64,000 nt of DNA from Candidatus Omnitrophota bacterium (GTDB lineage Bacteria > Omnitrophota > Gorgyraeia > Aquiviventales > Aquiviventaceae): contig JAHFGV010000004.1 of assembly GCA_023247255.1 (NCBI GenBank), forward strand, positions 20,023 through 84,022, read 5' to 3'. Position 1 is the first letter of the stretch. The number at the start of each line of letters is the position of its first letter. A program made the position numbers and the translations under genes. Under the pieces are notes generated by a model that ran no database searches, had not been told where the DNA came from, and saw only the letters and a program-made list of their open reading frames with translations. Of this stretch, positions 58,965-64,000 are shown in pieces.

Positions 58965-60250
58965 ACCGAGATGGCCGACGGCAAAATCGATGGATCGGTC
59001 GGCGGTCCATTCGTAGTCACGGTTCGATTCCGTGAACCAACGATGAGGTTAATGATGCTCCGCGCCACTTTTTCGGGATCATGACGAACCACCCCATCGG
59101 TACTCACCAAATCGTCGGCAACCACTTGATAGCCCAACGCTCGGATCCGTTGAATATCGGACTCGACTGGAAATGCGTCTTCTTGTCGATACCGATCCAG
59201 AAAAGCATCCGGAATCGGACCGGTATTGACCAGACACACCTGGATGATACCCGGATTAGTGTGGGACACCAAAGCCCGGACATGATCGCTCGCCTTATAC
59301 GCATGGGTCTCACGAGTTTGGGTCATCACATTGCAGATATATAATTTCAAGGCCTTGGATGCTACAATCGCATCCACCATCCGATCCACTAACAAATTAG
59401 GAATGATGCTGGTGTATAACGATCCGGGACCGAGCACAATGGCGTTGGCATCACGGATCTGGGCCAACGCCTCAGCAGTGGGTTGGCATCCGGCAGGTTC
59501 CAGATATACTCGGCGGATGGGCACCGGCGCTTTGGAAATCTGAGTTTCTCCACGGGTGACGCTGCCATCTTCATGCTCGGCAATCAGACATACTTTCGCA
59601 TTTGTCGCAGGCACCACCCGTCCTCGAATGGCCAACACTTTACTCGAAGCCTGCACCGCCTGCTCGAAATCTCCGGTGATCTGTGTCATAGCGGTAATGA
59701 AAAGGTTACCGAAATTGTGCCCGCGCAAAGGAGAATTGCCGCCAAATCGGTACTGGAACAACTGCTGCATGAGGGGTTCGGCATCTGCCAACGCAACCAG
59801 ACAGTTGCGGATGTCTCCTGGAGGCAATATGTCAAACTCCTCCCGAAGGCGTCCGGAGCTGCCTCCATCATCAGCAACGGTGACTATGGTAGTGATATTC
59901 GTGGTGTATTGTTTTAATCCATGAAGGATGGTTGACAGTCCTGTTCCACCCCCGATAGCCACAATCCGGGGCCCTTTCTCCAGATGCCGCCGTTGAAACA
60001 CCCTTTCGACCAGATCTTGTTGCGGTCGCGGGGAAACCACGTCCAACAGCGAACGGACAATGAGCACCACCCCCATGCTGAGCGAAGTCAACCCAATCAC
60101 TAGAATCCCCAAGCTGATGGCACGCTGGAAAATGTTATTTTCCACAGGCAAAAGCGCAGAACCAATGCCAAAACAGAACACCCCACCCAACGCCAGAAGA
60201 ACCCAGCGCTTAACCTGCATTCCAGGATAAAGCCATTTCAGAAATCGCAT
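58961..60250 (-). CDS. yvcK: YvcK/GlmR family protein with N-terminal TM extension
   Basis: IGGGTGLS, TVADDGGSSG.LR, PPGDIRNCL, GHNFGNL, GPGSLYTSIIPNL, RHDP. Confidence 0.93.
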   Translation of the reverse strand: MRFLKWLYPGMQVKRWVLLALGGVFCFGIGSALLPVENNIFQRAISLGILVIGLTSLSMGVVLIVRSLLDVVSPRPQQDLVERVFQRRHLEKGPRIVAIGGGTGLSTILHGLKQYTTNITTIVTVADDGGSSGRLREEFDILPPGDIRNCLVALADAEPLMQQLFQYRFGGNSPLRGHNFGNLFITAMTQITGDFEQAVQASSKVLAIRGRVVPATNAKVCLIAEHEDGSVTRGETQISKAPVPIRRVYLEPAGCQPTAEALAQIRDANAIVLGPGSLYTSIIPNLLVDRMVDAIVASKALKLYICNVMTQTRETHAYKASDHVRALVSHTNPGIIQVCLVNTGPIPDAFLDRYRQEDAFPVESDIQRIRALGYQVVADDLVSTDGVVRHDPEKVARSIINLIVGSRNRTVTTNGPPTDPSILPSAISV

Positions 60251-60438
60251 CACAGCTTCTGCTCCTTAAAAACTCTCAGACGAAATAATCCGTAATCTAA
60301 AATCCGGAATCGACCCCGCCATCGGGCCAACAGCCGAAGGCATAGACCCAGTTGGTTTGCTTAAGCGAACGGCTGGGGCTATATTCCTACGTGTTTGACG
60401 TCGAGCGTTTCACTCGTCACTGATCACTGGCCACTGAC

Positions 60439-60589
60439 TTAGCAGGCTGCGGAAAAACCCTTCGGGGTTCTGGGTTGAGGGTTCAGGGTTCGGGGCAAAT
60501 ACACCACCGCTCGTCGGTGATACGGGTCCTGGCCCCCAGCCCAGAACCCCGAACCCTGAACCGACTGGCATTTTTCAGCATCCTGTTAG
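60439..60589. mobile_element. MITE-like element, family C
   Basis: Near reverse complement of 50141-50291; right end overlaps TAA of the EIIA gene. Confidence 0.8.
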
Positions 60590-61056
60590 TGGCGACGCTC
60601 ATCCTCTTCACGAAGAATCTTCAGAAGGGTCTTTTCATCTTTAGCGGCGCGTAGACCTTCCCGAAAGTGCCGATCCTTAAGTAACCGAGAAATCCGAGCC
60701 AGTGCTTTCAGATGGGGACCCGCGGAATCCACTGGGGCAACGAGGAGGAAAATCAAATGAACCGTCTCCCCGTCAAGGGCGTTGAAATCCAGTCCCGATC
60801 GAGACACCCCAAACGCAGAGATCAATTCAGCTACGCAATCGGATTTTCCATGAGGAATCGCAACCCCTTGCCCAATTCCGGTAGATCCTAATGCTTCCCG
60901 CTCCATAAGCACTTGAATGAGCCGTTCCACATCTTTAGACTTGATCGCTCCCGCTTTCACCAACAAGCCAACCAACTCACGAATAGCCTCTTCTTTTGTC
61001 TGAGCCTTGACATCACATGAAATCGCGCGTTCGTTGAGAAACCCCATAATGTTCAT
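60586..61056 (-). CDS. ptsN: PTS EIIA (Ntr/fructose-type) protein
   Basis: EREALGSTGIGQGVAIPHGK, HLKALARISRLL. Confidence 0.9.
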   Translation of the reverse strand: MNIMGFLNERAISCDVKAQTKEEAIRELVGLLVKAGAIKSKDVERLIQVLMEREALGSTGIGQGVAIPHGKSDCVAELISAFGVSRSGLDFNALDGETVHLIFLLVAPVDSAGPHLKALARISRLLKDRHFREGLRAAKDEKTLLKILREEDERRH

Positions 61057-61334
61057 AGGTTCACCTAAAATTTTCACCGCTTCTTATTCTATAAAGAATA
61101 AGGAGCGGCCCCCTTTCCCGCTATACTCCGTGGCAAGTCCACCGTACATGGAAATCTAATTAGTCTTGTCTAATCTCCAATGTTCTGTGAATTTTACGAA
61201 TGACTATTCACCCGCCGCCTTCTCCGCCAAAGGCGGATCCCCTCCGGTGAAAAATCCCATCACCCTCCTTGCCCTATCGTCACCCCTCTATACTTCGCAA
61301 CGCCTCAGTATCCTTCAGCTCCAGATCAATCGAG

Positions 61335-61562
61335 AGCGGGTGATGGGATTTGGCGCTCTCCATCCTTCGCTTACGCTCGGAACTCCCAGTCGGCCACCCG
61401 TCTCGCCTAAGGAATCATGAAATTACCTGGGAATTTTCGATTGTCGATTTTGGATTTTCGATTGGAAGACGGCCGTTCAATCGAAAATCGACAATCGTCA
61501 ATCGACAATTTCCTCGGCTCTCTTGATTGACCGAAGGCTCGGCTCCCTTCAAATCCCATCAC
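61335..61562 (-). repeat. tRNA-Gly downstream element with direct and inverted copies of the tRNA 3' arm; nested heptamer palindrome
   Basis: AGCGGGTGATGGGATTTG (61335-61352) repeats the tRNA 3' end; TTCAAATCCCATCAC (61548-61562) is the inverted copy. Confidence 0.8.
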
Positions 61563-61577
61563 AAGAGTCTAAAACCC

Positions 61578-61649
61578 AGCGGGTGATGGGATTTGAACCC
61601 ACGACTTTCACGTTGGCAACGTGACGCTCTACCACTGAGCTACACCCGC
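61578..61649 (-). tRNA. tRNA-Gly(GCC)
   Basis: GCGGGTGTAGCTCAGTGGTAGAGCGTCACGTTGCCAACGTGAAAGTCGTGGGTTCAAATCCCATCACCCGCT; cloverleaf, CCA not encoded. Confidence 0.96.
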
Positions 61650-61700
61650 ATCAAGAACCGTAACGAGTAACACGTTACAAGAAACAAGTCACTGTCTGCG

Positions 61701-61842
61701 TGGGCGAGAGAGGAGTTGGCGCCTTCCGCTCGTCACTGCGCTCCTCGCTTCAGGTCGGCCACCCGCCGCTCCTAAGGAATGTCAATCCTCCTATCCGTCG
61801 GATCGACGTTATTCGAAGTCGCGGCTCCTTTCAACTCCTCTC
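61701..61842 (-). repeat. tRNA-Leu downstream element with direct and inverted copies of the tRNA 3' arm
   Basis: TGGGCGAGAGAGGAGTTG (61701-61718) direct copy; TTCAACTCCTCTC (61830-61842) inverted copy. Confidence 0.8.
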
Positions 61843-61853
61843 CTTTACGAAAC

Positions 61854-61935
61854 TGGGCGAGAGAGGAGTTGAACCTCCACCCCTTTCGGGACAGGCTCCT
61901 AAGGCCTGCGCGTCTGCCAGTTCCGCCACTCGCCC
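61854..61935 (-). tRNA. tRNA-Leu(TAG)
   Basis: GGGCGAGTGGCGGAACTGGCAGACGCGCAGGCCTTAGGAGCCTGTCCCGAAAGGGGTGGAGGTTCAACTCCTCTCTCGCCCA; long variable arm. Confidence 0.96.
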
Positions 61936-62025
61936 GAATCTTCTTGAAGTACTTCATAACCGGCAGGACGCGCCTGCCTGTTTTTCCACTCGTCCTTCTC
62001 CAACGGCACGCGGCAAGAAATTTCG

Positions 62026-62346
62026 TGGAGCCCCACAGGATGAGCCTGTGGCACAGGCACTCCCACACCTTGGGATTTTCGATTGTCGATTTTGGATTGT
62101 CGATTGGAAGACGGTTGTTCAATCAAAAATCGACGATCGTCAATCGACAATTTCCTCGGCTCTCTTGATTGAAAGCTCATCTTCCTTCGATCTCCTTAGG
62201 ACGTTCAAAGAAACTGCCTTGGGATTTTCGATTGTCGATTTTGGATTTTCGATTGGAAGACGGCCGTTCAATCAAAAATCGACAATCGTCAATTGACAAT
62301 ATCGTGATGCAACCGTCGAGGGTTGGGGGCGCAATGGCGGGATTGC
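62026..62346. repeat. Family A ends enclosing two heptamer-palindrome (family B) copies
   Basis: ggagccccacaggatgagcctgtggca at left, ggcgcaatggcgggatt at right; family B at ~62070-62152 and ~62219-62302. Confidence 0.75.
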
Positions 62347-62483
62347 TTAGCCTGTGCCATCCGCATTCTGACTATCTTCTCGGAAACTCTATCATTTATC
62401 TGGCATCCGTAAGTTTGAACAAAGATGGTCTTGCTCATCCGCAGTCACATCTCAGAAAAATAAGAACCGTCCCCTATTTTCCG

Positions 62484-63137
62484 TCAACGCGCCCGCTCAA
62501 TGAAGATGTGGGTGGCACGCTCACCGTTCACCGTCCTGGACGGCGCATACCCCAGCTCGTGCCAGTTGATCCCGCTGAACAGATGCTCCCCTGCTCCCAT
62601 GAACACGGGCGAGAGCGCAAGATGCAGTTCATCGATGTGGCCGGCGGTGAGATACTGGCGCACGGTGGCGACACCTCCGCCAATCCGCACATCCTTTCCC
62701 TGAGCCGCCTCTCTGGCCTGCCTCAAGGCGGACTCGATGCCATCCGTGACAAAGTAAAATGTGGTCCCGCCGCTCATGGCCAGCGGAGCGCGTGCGTGGT
62801 GCGTCAGGACGAAGATCGGCACATGGTAAGGAGGCGTGTCGCCCCACCATCCTTTCCACGAGTTGTCCTTCCACGGACCGCGGACCGGGCCGAACATGTT
62901 CCGCCCAAGGATCCACGCCCCGACGTGCTCGAATGATTGCCGGGCCATGTCGTTGTCGATGCCGGTCGCCCCGCCGCTTTGGCCATACATGGTCTTGAAA
63001 ACTTCGGTCTCGAATAACCATTGAACCAGCTCCGGTCCCCGAACGCCGAGCGGATGATTGCGATCCTGCCGGGGTCCGGCGCCGTAGCCATCGAGCGAGA
63101 CGGAGAACGCCGCGACTCTCACCTTCCCCGTGGCCAT
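62484..63137 (-). CDS. Dihydrofolate reductase/RibD C-terminal family protein
   Basis: FSVSLDGYGAGP, GAWILGRNMF, GWWGDTPPYH.PIFVLTHH, DVRIGGG, IDELHL. Confidence 0.92.
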   Translation of the reverse strand: MATGKVRVAAFSVSLDGYGAGPRQDRNHPLGVRGPELVQWLFETEVFKTMYGQSGGATGIDNDMARQSFEHVGAWILGRNMFGPVRGPWKDNSWKGWWGDTPPYHVPIFVLTHHARAPLAMSGGTTFYFVTDGIESALRQAREAAQGKDVRIGGGVATVRQYLTAGHIDELHLALSPVFMGAGEHLFSGINWHELGYAPSRTVNGERATHIFIERAR

Positions 63138-63583
63138 CAGTCCAGAATCTCTGGCTCGACGAGTTTCGCAAGCAGGATCAGCGATTCCTGCCAGCCGAGA
63201 TAACACCCCTCGGGAGGAATGGCAGCGGGCACCTCTTCCTGCACGATGCTCACTTCAGTGCCGCACGACACTTTTTTCAGGGTGACGGTTGTCTGCATTT
63301 CGCCCGGCAGGTTTGGGTCGTCGAATATGTCCGTGTGGCGGATGCGTTCGTGCGGCACCAACTCCAGATACTTCCCGCCAAAGGAGTGGGTCTTGCCGGT
63401 GGTGAAGTTCGTGAACGACATCTTGTACGTGCCGCCAATTTTCGCCTCCAACTGGTGCACCTTGCCGGTGAATCCGTGCGGCGGTGACCATTTGGCCATC
63501 GCGTCGGCGTCGAGGAACGCCCGATAGATTTTTTCCGGCGCTGCGCGAAGCACACGGTGAAGTCGAATGGTGCTGGTTGACAT
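63137..63583 (-). CDS. SRPBCC (AHSA1/START-like) family protein
   Basis: IRLHRVLRAAPEKIYRAFLD...KW.PP, GG.Y.MSF, YLELVP.ERI, GWQESL. Confidence 0.92.
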   Translation of the reverse strand: MSTSTIRLHRVLRAAPEKIYRAFLDADAMAKWSPPHGFTGKVHQLEAKIGGTYKMSFTNFTTGKTHSFGGKYLELVPHERIRHTDIFDDPNLPGEMQTTVTLKKVSCGTEVSIVQEEVPAAIPPEGCYLGWQESLILLAKLVEPEILD

Positions 63584-63602
63584 CCGTTATCTCCTTTCCA
63601 AC

Positions 63603-63965
63603 TCAAGAATCCCGCTGTTTCACTTCGACCAGGTACGTCGTCAGTTGCTTGATTTTCCCACGTTCCATAGTAAATACATCGCAGAAGATGGCGTTGAGCA
63701 CACCGCAGGCCTTCCGCTGTGCCCGAACCGCGCCCTCTGCGACAACAATATCATGCTCCTCGGTCATCCGGCTCACGGTGATGGCCGGGCGGCCGACAAA
63801 CGCAGGATTCTCAATTTCTTTGTCGAACGCATCCCGTCCTACCAGACGAAACATCCCCGCCATCTCCCACTCCACATCCTCGGTGAGACACGAAAGAATC
63901 TGGGCGTGGTCGGACTTCCTGAAGCCATCCATGTATCGTCCAACTGTCCTTTTGTTCTCGGTCAT
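63603..63965 (-). CDS. SnoaL/NTF2-like protein
   Basis: NKRTV..YM.GF...D...ILSCLTEDVEW, VVAEG, CDVFTM..GKI. Confidence 0.88.
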   Translation of the reverse strand: MTENKRTVGRYMDGFRKSDHAQILSCLTEDVEWEMAGMFRLVGRDAFDKEIENPAFVGRPAITVSRMTEEHDIVVAEGAVRAQRKACGVLNAIFCDVFTMERGKIKQLTTYLVEVKQRDS

Positions 63966-64000
63966 CGGTCATCCCATGTCCTGGTACGACTGGTTACGCC

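Noticed and set aside
61335-61718. attL/attR of a prophage or ICE at the tRNAs
   Set aside because: Direct repeats lie only ~150-240 bp from their tRNAs, with no integrase or cargo between
61700-62400. ORFs of 93-255 aa across the tRNA/repeat region
   Set aside because: Overlap tRNA-Leu or are repeat-derived translations, or antisense to the RibD-like gene

Overview
Bacterial window, probably Omnitrophota (PVC group). That taxon call is inferred from gene content and style, not proven. Positions 1-45,400 form one co-directional minus-strand cluster. In order: c-di-GMP-I riboswitch; Xis-like HTH; two histidine kinases; response regulator; MSHA/T2SS-like type IV filament system (ATPase, platform, four prepilins, PilM/N, PilO, PilP/MshK-like, ExeA-like ATPase, GspC-like, secretin); TPR and coiled-coil proteins; a second c-di-GMP-I riboswitch; an apparently inactive RAYT/Y1 transposase domain fused to a TM helix and an extracytoplasmic domain; a ~5,950-aa surface protein with ~49 Ig-like repeats; a single-pass membrane protein; and an atypical F-type ATPase cluster (short epsilon, divergent c, b-delta fusion, alpha running off the edge). 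The rest holds housekeeping genes (yajQ, comF, lptFG, ahcY, metK, PTS genes, yvcK), tRNA-Gly(GCC), tRNA-Leu(TAG) and three small accessory genes. Several small repeat/MITE families are scattered through the window. Some sit in-frame inside proteins, some inside the riboswitches, and some carry ends copied from the neighbouring tRNA.
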